Assembly: GCA_044373675.1 (NCBI GenBank)
Contig: JBILPT010000001.1
Span: forward strand, 52,807 to 116,806
DNA length: 64,000 nucleotides
Origin: Crocinitomicaceae bacterium
GTDB lineage: Bacteria > Bacteroidota > Bacteroidia > Flavobacteriales_D > Crocinitomicaceae
Reading direction: 5' to 3'
In this document: piece by piece, positions 19,338 through 27,214 of the stretch
Position numbering within the stretch: position 1 is the first letter of the stretch
Layout of the letters: every line of letters begins with the position of its first letter
Translations under genes and position numbers: made by a program
The notes under the pieces: generated by a model
The model's database searches: none
What the model was told of the DNA's origin: nothing
What the model saw: only the letters and a program-made list of their open reading frames with translations

Positions 19338-22193
19338 TTAGAAATTATATTTTAATGAAATAGAAACAGTTTGCCCAAACGTTATTTCTTGCCATGCACT
19401 GTCTGTGCCTTTATCATACTTCTTGTTTTTATTTATATCTTGGAAATAGATTAAATCTTGTGCAAGTAAATCCTTAACATTTAATTTTAATTCTAATTTT
19501 TTCTTAAACATTTTGGAAATCTGAAAATCGATTACATTTCTACCATTCTCCCAAACACTTGGTTCTTGAATACTACCAGCAATAGCAATTCGTTGACCAA
19601 CTAAATTATAAGACAAACTAAAATTAACATCCTTAGGAGCTGAATAATAAATACCCGCATTAATAATATAAGGAGATTGGCCTTGCAATGGCCTTGCGGA
19701 ATTAGTGTATTCTGCTTGACCTGCATACATACTTAAATCTACACTAGAACGAATAATTGAAGCATTTGCATAAAGTGTGATATCCTTTAAGAACGAAGTT
19801 GAATCCTTAGAATTTAAAAATCCAAGATTCATTCTGTATTCAAATTCAGCTCCATAATTCTCAGTATTTCCAACATTGTCATAATAAAGTTCTGGTGTTC
19901 CAGATGTTCCAGTTCGTAAAATCAATTCAATTGGATTGGTAAATTGCTTGTAGAATGCCGAGACACTAAAAATTTGTCCTGCACCTGGATAAAATTCAAA
20001 TCTAGCATCATAATTATTAATTGTTGCTCGTTTTAATGTGGGATCCCCTGATGTTAAATTATCATTCAAGAAATTGTAAAAGGAAAATGGCGCCAACTCT
20101 CTAAATTCAGGTCGAGAAACTGTTTTTGACGCACTCAAACGAAAGTTTATTTTATTTGTAAGAGAATAAATTAAATTCACGGAAGGTAAAATATCAACAA
20201 CAGTTGTATCTATATTTTGCTCAAGATTAGAACCAAATTCTATGTATTTAAAATTCTGGCGATATGACTCTATACGAGCACCTCCAACAATTCTAAGGTT
20301 TTTAGCAACTTTTGTATCGAACATAGCATAAGCAGCATTTAATAAAGAGAATGCTTGGTAACTGTCATCTACATTTGTTCCTTCTTCTAATTTAAATCCA
20401 CCTTGCCCATCTGCCATTAAACCCAAATTTGTATTTGAAAAGATTTGATCTTCAGGTAGTAATAATAATTGGTCATTAAACCCTAAGCTCCCTGATGGAT
20501 CGTATTTTGAAAAACCTAAATTTCTCGATTCGAAAGAACGCGTCCGATATTGATTCATACCACCTATTTTAAGCTCAGAATTTGTATTCAAGATTTTAAG
20601 AGGAATAGAAAGATCATATTTCCCACTTACTATTTTTTCATTTAGCAGCGACCAAAACATATTTCCAGCACCAAGAGTTGAAATATCATCATTTTGAATC
20701 ACTGCAGCAAATGGAAGTGTGGTATCAGTCTGCTGGTATACTGTCCTTCTTAGAAAAGGGATTTCTCGTTTTACATCGCTAATACCAGCTATCCATTTAA
20801 ATTTCATTTTATTTTTAAATTCATGATTACCAAGTAATTGAGAACTCAGAAGCTTGTTTTGCGTATACCAAATATTTGTAGATTTCTCAGAGAAAACTGA
20901 TTCAATATCCATATCTCGTTTTCCATTCCGAACATTCACTTTATCATCTGAGGAAAGCGAATAAAGTGTTTTTAATTGAAGGGAATTATTTTTGTTTAGT
21001 TTATATTTCATATTAAACATCGCACTGTTTAATACAGACTGAGTATACGCTGAATCTTTTAATTCATTTTTAGTTATTACCCCTACTTCTGATTCTTCAA
21101 ATTCTCTTCTTGTGACTTTATTAAAACTCATGTTACTTTGGTAATTGTAAGCAAATACATAGCCGAAATTTCGCTCCTCAGCTAACTTAATTGTTTTACC
21201 GATGCTGTATTGCAAATTTAAATTTGGTAAAGCCACACGACTATATGTCCCCCAACTACTTGGGATTGATTGCGCATACTCTGCTTTTTGAAGAGCGGAA
21301 AGATTATTGAATTCTTCTGTTGATGGTAAACCAGATGGTAGTGCTCTTGAAGATGAGCTAAAACCCAAAAAGTCTGTTTTACTTCCATCGTATGTTTTAA
21401 AATCTTTAAAAGTTGTAATTAGATTGTAAGAACTTCCTATTTGAATACTTTGAAAATCATTTTCCTTGGGTTCAGTTGTATTAATATCAATTACACCGCC
21501 AGAAAATTCTCCTGGTAAATCTGGTGTAGCTGTCTTAATAATTACTAAATTATCCAACATGTTTGAAGGGAAAATATCAAAAGAGAAGGCCTTTCGATCA
21601 CTTTCGGAACTTGGAAGTGGATCACCGTTAATTAATGCAAAATTGTAACGATCACTTAAGCCCCTTACAACAACAAATTTATTGTCCTGTACACTAGCTC
21701 CACTAATTCTTTTTAAAACATCTGAAGCTTTTGAATCGGGAGTCTTTTTAAATGTCTCCGATGAAATTCCATCTACAACTGTTGCACTATTTCTCTGTAA
21801 ACGTAATATTTCAGTTGTTGATTCTCTGCTAACTTTTGCTTTGACAGTAACAGGACCAAACTCTAAAACAACTTTATCCAAGGGAATATTTAAAACTAAA
21901 TTCTCGTTTTCTTTTAGTTTTATTTCCGTTAAAATTAAGTTGTTATATGTTTCATTTCGAACCTCCAATATGTAAGTTCCTGCGCTCAAACCTTTCAAAG
22001 AATAATTTCCGTCGCCATCTGTTACAGCACCTTTTCCAAGTCCTTGAAGAATTACTTTAGCACCAAATAAAGCTTCATTCGTTTTAGAATCTGTTATTTT
22101 TCCGCTTAAGGAAGCATTTTGAGAAAATAAAAAAACATTGAAAAAACAAACAAAAACGAGGTTTAATATAGACTTAAGATGCATAGTAGACAA
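19338..22193 (-). CDS. TonB-dependent outer-membrane receptor with N-terminal carboxypeptidase-regulatory-like domain
   Basis: CarbopepD_reg-like SGKITDSKTNEALFGAKV...DGDGNYSLKGLSAGTYILEV. Plug VVDGISSETF...VVVRGLSDRYNFALINGDPLPSSESDRK. C-terminal beta-barrel ending in F. The ORF-track start at 22193 is TTG. The ATG at 22184 (MHLKSILNLV...) is more likely. Confidence 0.88.
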   Translation of the reverse strand: MSTMHLKSILNLVFVCFFNVFLFSQNASLSGKITDSKTNEALFGAKVILQGLGKGAVTDGDGNYSLKGLSAGTYILEVRNETYNNLILTEIKLKENENLVLNIPLDKVVLEFGPVTVKAKVSRESTTEILRLQRNSATVVDGISSETFKKTPDSKASDVLKRISGASVQDNKFVVVRGLSDRYNFALINGDPLPSSESDRKAFSFDIFPSNMLDNLVIIKTATPDLPGEFSGGVIDINTTEPKENDFQSIQIGSSYNLITTFKDFKTYDGSKTDFLGFSSSSRALPSGLPSTEEFNNLSALQKAEYAQSIPSSWGTYSRVALPNLNLQYSIGKTIKLAEERNFGYVFAYNYQSNMSFNKVTRREFEESEVGVITKNELKDSAYTQSVLNSAMFNMKYKLNKNNSLQLKTLYSLSSDDKVNVRNGKRDMDIESVFSEKSTNIWYTQNKLLSSQLLGNHEFKNKMKFKWIAGISDVKREIPFLRRTVYQQTDTTLPFAAVIQNDDISTLGAGNMFWSLLNEKIVSGKYDLSIPLKILNTNSELKIGGMNQYRTRSFESRNLGFSKYDPSGSLGFNDQLLLLPEDQIFSNTNLGLMADGQGGFKLEEGTNVDDSYQAFSLLNAAYAMFDTKVAKNLRIVGGARIESYRQNFKYIEFGSNLEQNIDTTVVDILPSVNLIYSLTNKINFRLSASKTVSRPEFRELAPFSFYNFLNDNLTSGDPTLKRATINNYDARFEFYPGAGQIFSVSAFYKQFTNPIELILRTGTSGTPELYYDNVGNTENYGAEFEYRMNLGFLNSKDSTSFLKDITLYANASIIRSSVDLSMYAGQAEYTNSARPLQGQSPYIINAGIYYSAPKDVNFSLSYNLVGQRIAIAGSIQEPSVWENGRNVIDFQISKMFKKKLELKLNVKDLLAQDLIYFQDINKNKKYDKGTDSAWQEITFGQTVSISLKYNF

Positions 22194-22251
22194 TAGTTAA
22201 AAAATTCCCTACAAAGGAACAATTGTATCTTAATGCTTAAATTAAAATAAG

Positions 22252-22291
22252 GTTAAGTTTATGTTAAGGATATTATTAATCTTGGTAACAT
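22252..22291 (-). promoter_or_regulatory. Shared upstream element, copy B (upstream of the TonB-dependent receptor gene)
   Basis: Plus strand GTTAAGTTTATGTTAAG-N15-GGTAACAT. Same architecture and spacing as copy A. About 67 nt upstream of the ATG at 22184. Confidence 0.5.
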
Positions 22292-22420
22292 GAAGCTTGA
22301 ACTAGAGTACTTTATAGGCAGCTACTTTTAATTTCTTCATTCAATTTAAAAGTGTAATTATGAAGAACTGAAAAATAATTTCATTAATTTTAAAAATGTT
22401 TAAAACTTAATTAAAATAGT

Positions 22421-23464
22421 ATGATTAAGATTTATCGAACTATTACTATAATTATAATGTCCTATTTAAATCTTTTATTTTTATCAGTAGCAATTTTTTG
22501 TTATTCAACTTCTTACTCCCAAAACAAAGTAGTATTTATTGAAGGAGAAGCACAAGGAACAACTTATCACATTACCTATTACGACAAGCAAAATCGTAAT
22601 TTTGAAGATGAAATTGCAAAACTCTTATTTGAATTTGATTTATCACTTTCAACCTACAATCCAAATTCTATTATTTCTAAAATAAATAATAATGAAAAAA
22701 ATGTTGTGCTTGATGACTATTTTCTAAGATGTTTTAAAAAAGCGAAAGAGTTATGGAAGAATACAAATGGGGCATTTGACCCAACCGTATATCCATTGGT
22801 AAATGCGTGGGGATTTGGACCAAAGGAAAAAATTGTGGTTACAAAAGAAAAAATAGACAGTATTTTAGCATTTGTCGGTTTTGATTTAATCAACATTAAA
22901 GAAGGAAAAATAGTAAAAACGGATCCCCGAGTTTCACTTGATTTTAATGCTTTTGCACAAGGATATTCTGTTGATATTGTTCGGCAATTTTTTAATGCTA
23001 AGAATATTGACTCCTACATCATTGAAATTGGTGGAGAAGTTTATGCAAAAGGACTAAACGACAAGGATTTTTGGTTAGTTGGGATAGAAATTCCTATTGC
23101 CAATCAAAAAAGTTTAAATTCTTATCATACAATTGTAAAACTTGAAAATAAAGCGATTGCAACTTCTGGAAATTATAGACGCTATATTGTAGAAAATGGC
23201 GAAAAAATAGTGCATCATATCGACCCTAAAACTGGATATCCAACAAAAAACAATTTACTAAGTGTTACGATCGTTTCAGACTCATGTATTATTTCAGATG
23301 CAACTGCAACAGGAATTTTGGTTATGGGATTGAAAAAAGCAAGAAAATACCTTAAAAAAAATAAGGAAATTGAGGCTTTGATAATTTACATGGATAGGAG
23401 AGGAATCTATAAAACTTTCCTTTCAGATGGTTTTCAAAAGTTTATTGTTAGCACAGAAAAATAA
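22421..23464 (+). CDS. apbE: FAD:protein FMN transferase (ApbE family)
   Basis: ApbE motifs GTTYHITYY, FDPTVYPLVNAWGFG, AFAQGYSVD, IEIGGEV, ATSGNYRRY, HHIDPKTGYP, SDATATGILVMG. The start could instead be the ATG at 22460. Confidence 0.88.
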   Translation: MIKIYRTITIIIMSYLNLLFLSVAIFCYSTSYSQNKVVFIEGEAQGTTYHITYYDKQNRNFEDEIAKLLFEFDLSLSTYNPNSIISKINNNEKNVVLDDYFLRCFKKAKELWKNTNGAFDPTVYPLVNAWGFGPKEKIVVTKEKIDSILAFVGFDLINIKEGKIVKTDPRVSLDFNAFAQGYSVDIVRQFFNAKNIDSYIIEIGGEVYAKGLNDKDFWLVGIEIPIANQKSLNSYHTIVKLENKAIATSGNYRRYIVENGEKIVHHIDPKTGYPTKNNLLSVTIVSDSCIISDATATGILVMGLKKARKYLKKNKEIEALIIYMDRRGIYKTFLSDGFQKFIVSTEK

Positions 23465-23507
23465 AGTGCTTAATTACTTCTGGAGAAGAATTTGAAAATA
23501 GTTAAGC

Positions 23508-24080
23508 TTAATCTTTCTTTTCAGGATTTTCAATAATTTCAGCGATTAATGGATTCCATGTAAGTGAAATCACATCAAAATTAGCATCTGCTGCTGGAGA
23601 CTGTGCATCGGCATTTGGACCTTTCACAAATGAAAAAGACCTAACTACTGTTCCATTTGCACTGTGATTCCAAGTCTCTTCAATGGAAATTTTATAAATA
23701 CCATCAGGGAGAAGATTCCCATTAACATCAGTTCCATCCCATGTAACTGATCTATTACCAAAACTTGCTAAAGTCGCGCCAGTGGTTGCACTAACAACAT
23801 TGCAGTTTGGAGCAATTGCATTTGAAGCAGCACCACCTGAATTAACCGCCCAAGTTTGTAAATGATCTCTCGTAACCGAGCCAACATTTCTAGATATTGT
23901 TTTTACAAATTGACCTAAATCTGATTGAATCCAAACCGCGAGAACGTGTTTACCATAATTATTATACGTTGCAGAAGCTGGTTTACTTACTTCATTAAAA
24001 CTAAATGATAATGTCCCTGCTGATTGTGCTATTCCAGAAAATGTAAATCCTAATGAGATAAAAAATGCGATTTTTTTCAT
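23508..24080 (-). CDS. Secreted DUF2271-like protein with candidate FMN-attachment motif
   Basis: Signal peptide (FSGIAQS). Pattern HVLAVWIQ...VVSATTGATLA...VTWDGTDVNGNLLPDGIYKISIEE resembles DUF2271 as I recall the family. TGAT motif at nt 23772-23783. Confidence 0.6.
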   Translation of the reverse strand: MKKIAFFISLGFTFSGIAQSAGTLSFSFNEVSKPASATYNNYGKHVLAVWIQSDLGQFVKTISRNVGSVTRDHLQTWAVNSGGAASNAIAPNCNVVSATTGATLASFGNRSVTWDGTDVNGNLLPDGIYKISIEETWNHSANGTVVRSFSFVKGPNADAQSPAADANFDVISLTWNPLIAEIIENPEKKD

Positions 24081-24101
24081 GTTTTATTATTTTAAATTTA
24101 A

Positions 24102-24446
24102 TTAATTATTTTTTTTGCCTTGATTTATCCAGCATTCTACACGTTGAATAACGCTGTCTGGCAATGCATATCCAATATTAAAGCCATCTCTTGGCATCAA
24201 CTTATAACCACTATTTCTCATTGCACCAATAATAGCAGAAGAATTAGATGAAATATTTGCATGATTTGTAAGAGAATATCCATTCTGATTGTCATGACAG
24301 CCTGCACAATTATTCTGAATGAGTGGTAGAATCTCATCGTTAAAAGAAACAGTGTCTGAACAATTAGCATCTGCATAAAATTCAGCTTTATCTTTTTTGC
24401 AACTACAAAAAATTAATAGAGAAAGTATAAATATGCTAGATTTCAT
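24102..24446 (-). CDS. Small lipoprotein with c-type haem-binding motif (CXXCH)
   Basis: Lipoprotein signal LLIFCSC. CAGCH at nt 24294-24308 (ILPLIQNNCAGCHD). Downstream LMP...LP...I..V..WI..G pattern resembles planctomycete-type cytochrome c (PSCyt) domains. Confidence 0.6.
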   Translation of the reverse strand: MKSSIFILSLLIFCSCKKDKAEFYADANCSDTVSFNDEILPLIQNNCAGCHDNQNGYSLTNHANISSNSSAIIGAMRNSGYKLMPRDGFNIGYALPDSVIQRVECWINQGKKNN

Positions 24447-24831
24447 TTTTTTTGATTAATGGTGAAAGGGCTAGCCAAAAAAGTGGAAAAATAAAGTACA
24501 AAGGAATTACAAATCCAGGATAAAATTCAGTCATTTCCAATGTCTCTGGGAAATCTTCCTTCATTATTGGAAATAGAATGCTTCCTAGAGTTGCAAAAAC
24601 AAGAACTATATTAAATATAATAGTGCCGAATTTTGGTGCTAATCGAGTACTGAGAAAACATAAACCGGATACGCTTAGTCCTACAGTAAAATAAGTTGCT
24701 ATAATTTTCCAAAGAGGAAGTATCAGAGAAAAGTTTGCCATTACCTCATAGTATTTGGTCACATAAACAGCTGCTCCAAGAGATGAAATTAAGGAAACTA
24801 CTAAACCCAAAAGAAAATAAGACTTAAACAT
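24436..24831 (-). CDS. Hypothetical integral membrane protein (about 4 TM helices, no histidines)
   Basis: Four hydrophobic stretches. Tightly packed in the operon: 1 nt after the YceI gene and an 11-nt overlap with the cytochrome-like gene. No recognised family. Confidence 0.55.
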   Translation of the reverse strand: MFKSYFLLGLVVSLISSLGAAVYVTKYYEVMANFSLILPLWKIIATYFTVGLSVSGLCFLSTRLAPKFGTIIFNIVLVFATLGSILFPIMKEDFPETLEMTEFYPGFVIPLYFIFPLFWLALSPLIKKNEI

Positions 24832-24832
24832 G

Positions 24833-25372
24833 TTATTTTTTTTCTGCAGGTAGATTAAAAGAAACTTTCATAATATCTGGAACGACATCGCTCTTTTTAC
24901 CAATGTTAAAATCCATTCTATTTACATTAATACTTCCTGAAAAAGAAATAGCATTTCCAGACCCGCTTTTCTTAGCCTTAACAACATAAACTTTGCTTGT
25001 CCCTTTGAGCGTTAAGTCACCTGTGATTTTATACAAATCACCTTCTTTTTCTACTGTTTTTGACACAAACTTGATATTTGGGTATTTTTTGGCATCAAAC
25101 CATTCTTCTGTTTGTGCTTTTTTATCTCTCATACCGTTTCCAGTTTTTATCGAGGAAATATCAATTGATAAATTAAATTTTGAAGTCTCTAAACTTTGCT
25201 CATTAAATTCGATTGTGCCTTCCATTTTATTAAAAGAACCTGAAGGATCTGCACTCTTAAATTTAAGAGAGAAAGCGTCTGTAATTTCAAAACGATCTAT
25301 TGGAAGAAAAGCTAGAGAAGTACTTATAACAAGTAAAAAAATGTAAGAGATGATAAGATAATATTTTTTCAT
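24833..25372 (-). CDS. YceI-family (polyisoprenoid-binding lipocalin-like) periplasmic protein
   Basis: YceI pattern G.F....G.IEF......S.F...IDISSI.TGNGMRDKK....WFDAKKYPNIKFVS...Y.ITGDLTLKG. Confidence 0.85.
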   Translation of the reverse strand: MKKYYLIISYIFLLVISTSLAFLPIDRFEITDAFSLKFKSADPSGSFNKMEGTIEFNEQSLETSKFNLSIDISSIKTGNGMRDKKAQTEEWFDAKKYPNIKFVSKTVEKEGDLYKITGDLTLKGTSKVYVVKAKKSGSGNAISFSGSINVNRMDFNIGKKSDVVPDIMKVSFNLPAEKK

Positions 25373-25382
25373 AATTCAAAGA

Positions 25383-26270
25383 TTAAAATTTACGAGCTAC
25401 ACAAAAACCGAACCTAAATTGCCCTTTCAACCAATTTTCTGTAGTGTAAGGTATAAATTGAGTTTCACCTAAACCACCAGAATTAGTAAAATTGACAGTA
25501 AAGTTGTGCCCAAAAGTAAACCACTCCAAAGCAATACCTAGACTATTCTTATAAAAACTTGAAGGGCGAAATTGTTCATTGTGAAAAACATGATAGTATT
25601 CAGCAAGTATTGCAAAGCGACTACTAATTTTCAAGCGAAATGCGCTTCCAAGAGCAAATAGTGTATTTTGATCATTTTGTGTAACATAATTTCGGTGAAC
25701 AAGCGTTGGAACAAGAGCAAGGGAAAATCGCTCGCCAAAATGTTTTGCTAAATTAAGCTGAGTAAAATAAGCTAGTCGATGAGAAGCTTTTGGAAAAAAA
25801 CTAACGTCAGATTGAAGCGTTGAACTTTTCATGTAGGTAAAACTAGAACCTGAAATCACAGTCATAGAAAGAGGTATACTGCCTTTTTTTTGCTCAAGGA
25901 CTTTGTATTTTAAAAATCCATCTAAAAGCGAGCGATAAGGAGCTCCTGTTCCTTTAGCTCTTCCAAATCCAAGCATGAATTTATCACTTACACCATATTC
26001 TATTGCTATTCTCATGTCTGAGAGGTAATCAAAACCAAACATATTTTGGTATCCACCATTTGGTCCTGAAAAATCCCCGAAGCGATGTTCAATTCTCATT
26101 TCATATGTTCCTTTTGAAAGTGTTTCATTGGAATGGCCATTTATTATTCGAGAAGAGGAAAATGTTATTGGTTCTTCAAATGGTATTTCGGATTCATTCG
26201 AAGTCTGCGCGAAAAATAAAGGTGATGCAGCTAGAAATAAAAACGTAAAAAAGGATAAAGAGAAATTCAT
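25383..26270 (-). CDS. Putative outer-membrane beta-barrel protein (DUF5777-like)
   Basis: Signal peptide. RIINGHSNETL.KG.YEMRIEHRFGD...FGFD pattern, alternating amphipathic strands, C-terminal aromatic residue (F). Confidence 0.55.
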   Translation of the reverse strand: MNFSLSFFTFLFLAASPLFFAQTSNESEIPFEEPITFSSSRIINGHSNETLSKGTYEMRIEHRFGDFSGPNGGYQNMFGFDYLSDMRIAIEYGVSDKFMLGFGRAKGTGAPYRSLLDGFLKYKVLEQKKGSIPLSMTVISGSSFTYMKSSTLQSDVSFFPKASHRLAYFTQLNLAKHFGERFSLALVPTLVHRNYVTQNDQNTLFALGSAFRLKISSRFAILAEYYHVFHNEQFRPSSFYKNSLGIALEWFTFGHNFTVNFTNSGGLGETQFIPYTTENWLKGQFRFGFCVARKF

Positions 26271-26388
26271 TTTTTTTGGTAAAATTAAAAAAAATACTGA
26301 TTGACTTAAAAAAATTACAGCTTTTTGTTTTAAGCTATTTTGGGCTTTATGACATATAAACCTTAAATTAATTTGACTTAAAATGACG

Positions 26389-27210
26389 TCAAGATTTCGT
26401 TAGCTGAAATTTAAACGCTGCAATCACAGCTGAATTTAAAGAAGAGGGCACTTCCTGTTTTTCCTTGTAAAGTGCAAAAACAGATGCACCTGATCCAGAC
26501 ATAGAAACATAGCACGCGCTCGTCTTTTCTAATTCACTTTTCAATTGGGCAATTTCTGGATGAGCTTTAAAAACACTTTCTTCAAAATCATTTTGCAGCA
26601 ATGCAGGCCAAACTTCTATTGGAAGAGAAAGTAGTTCACTTACTGTTTTATCTGGCTTTCTCGGGGAAACTCCTGAATAAGCTTCCTTAGTTGAAACGTG
26701 AATTTTTGGGTTAAAAAGAACACAGTAAAGACCATTTAAGTTTAATGAAATTGGTGTTAGCAGTTCTCCGCGTCCTTTCGCAAGTTGTGGTTCATTCCGA
26801 ATAAAAAAAGGACAGTCACTTCCCAATTCAGCTGCTAGGAGACATAAAATTTCAATGTCTAATTTTAATGCAAATAGTTCATTTAAAGCTAAGAGCACAT
26901 GTGCAGCATCCGAAGAACCTCCACCAAGTCCTGCACCAATTGGAATTTGCTTGCGTAAATGAATACGTACATTTCCTATTTCATAGCGTGACTTCATTAA
27001 GTAAAATGCCTTTTCACATAAATTTTCTCCTACAGCACTCGGTATTTTTATTCCTGTTTGTTCGAAAGAAAAAGCAGCAGAAAGTGTTAGCTCAAGAATA
27101 TCATAAAAAGGAATCGGTACCATGCAGGTCTCAATTTCATGAAAACCATCACTACGCTTACTGTGTATCTGTAAACCGAGATTTATTTTTGCCGGTGGAA
27201 ACAATATCAT
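26389..27210 (-). CDS. ispE: 4-(cytidine 5'-diphospho)-2-C-methyl-D-erythritol kinase
   Basis: PAKINLGL.I..KR.DGFHEIET and GHMP kinase motif PIGAGLGGGSSDAA. Confidence 0.9.
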   Translation of the reverse strand: MILFPPAKINLGLQIHSKRSDGFHEIETCMVPIPFYDILELTLSAAFSFEQTGIKIPSAVGENLCEKAFYLMKSRYEIGNVRIHLRKQIPIGAGLGGGSSDAAHVLLALNELFALKLDIEILCLLAAELGSDCPFFIRNEPQLAKGRGELLTPISLNLNGLYCVLFNPKIHVSTKEAYSGVSPRKPDKTVSELLSLPIEVWPALLQNDFEESVFKAHPEIAQLKSELEKTSACYVSMSGSGASVFALYKEKQEVPSSLNSAVIAAFKFQLTKS

Positions 27211-27214
27211 CTTA

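Noticed and set aside
22290-22331. 13-codon mini-ORF (MKLELEYFIGSYF) in the TBDR/apbE divergent spacer, overlapping the GGTAACAT part of the shared element.
   Set aside because: It is too short, has no promoter box or conservation evidence, and is most likely fortuitous in AT-rich DNA.
23465-23507. Inverted repeat GCTTAA...TTAAGC in the 43-nt spacer between the convergent apbE and DUF2271-like genes, considered as a bidirectional terminator.
   Set aside because: The arms are only 6 bp, AT-rich and separated by ~30 nt. The internal CTTCT/AGAAG pairing leaves a 2-nt loop, so this is not a convincing intrinsic terminator.
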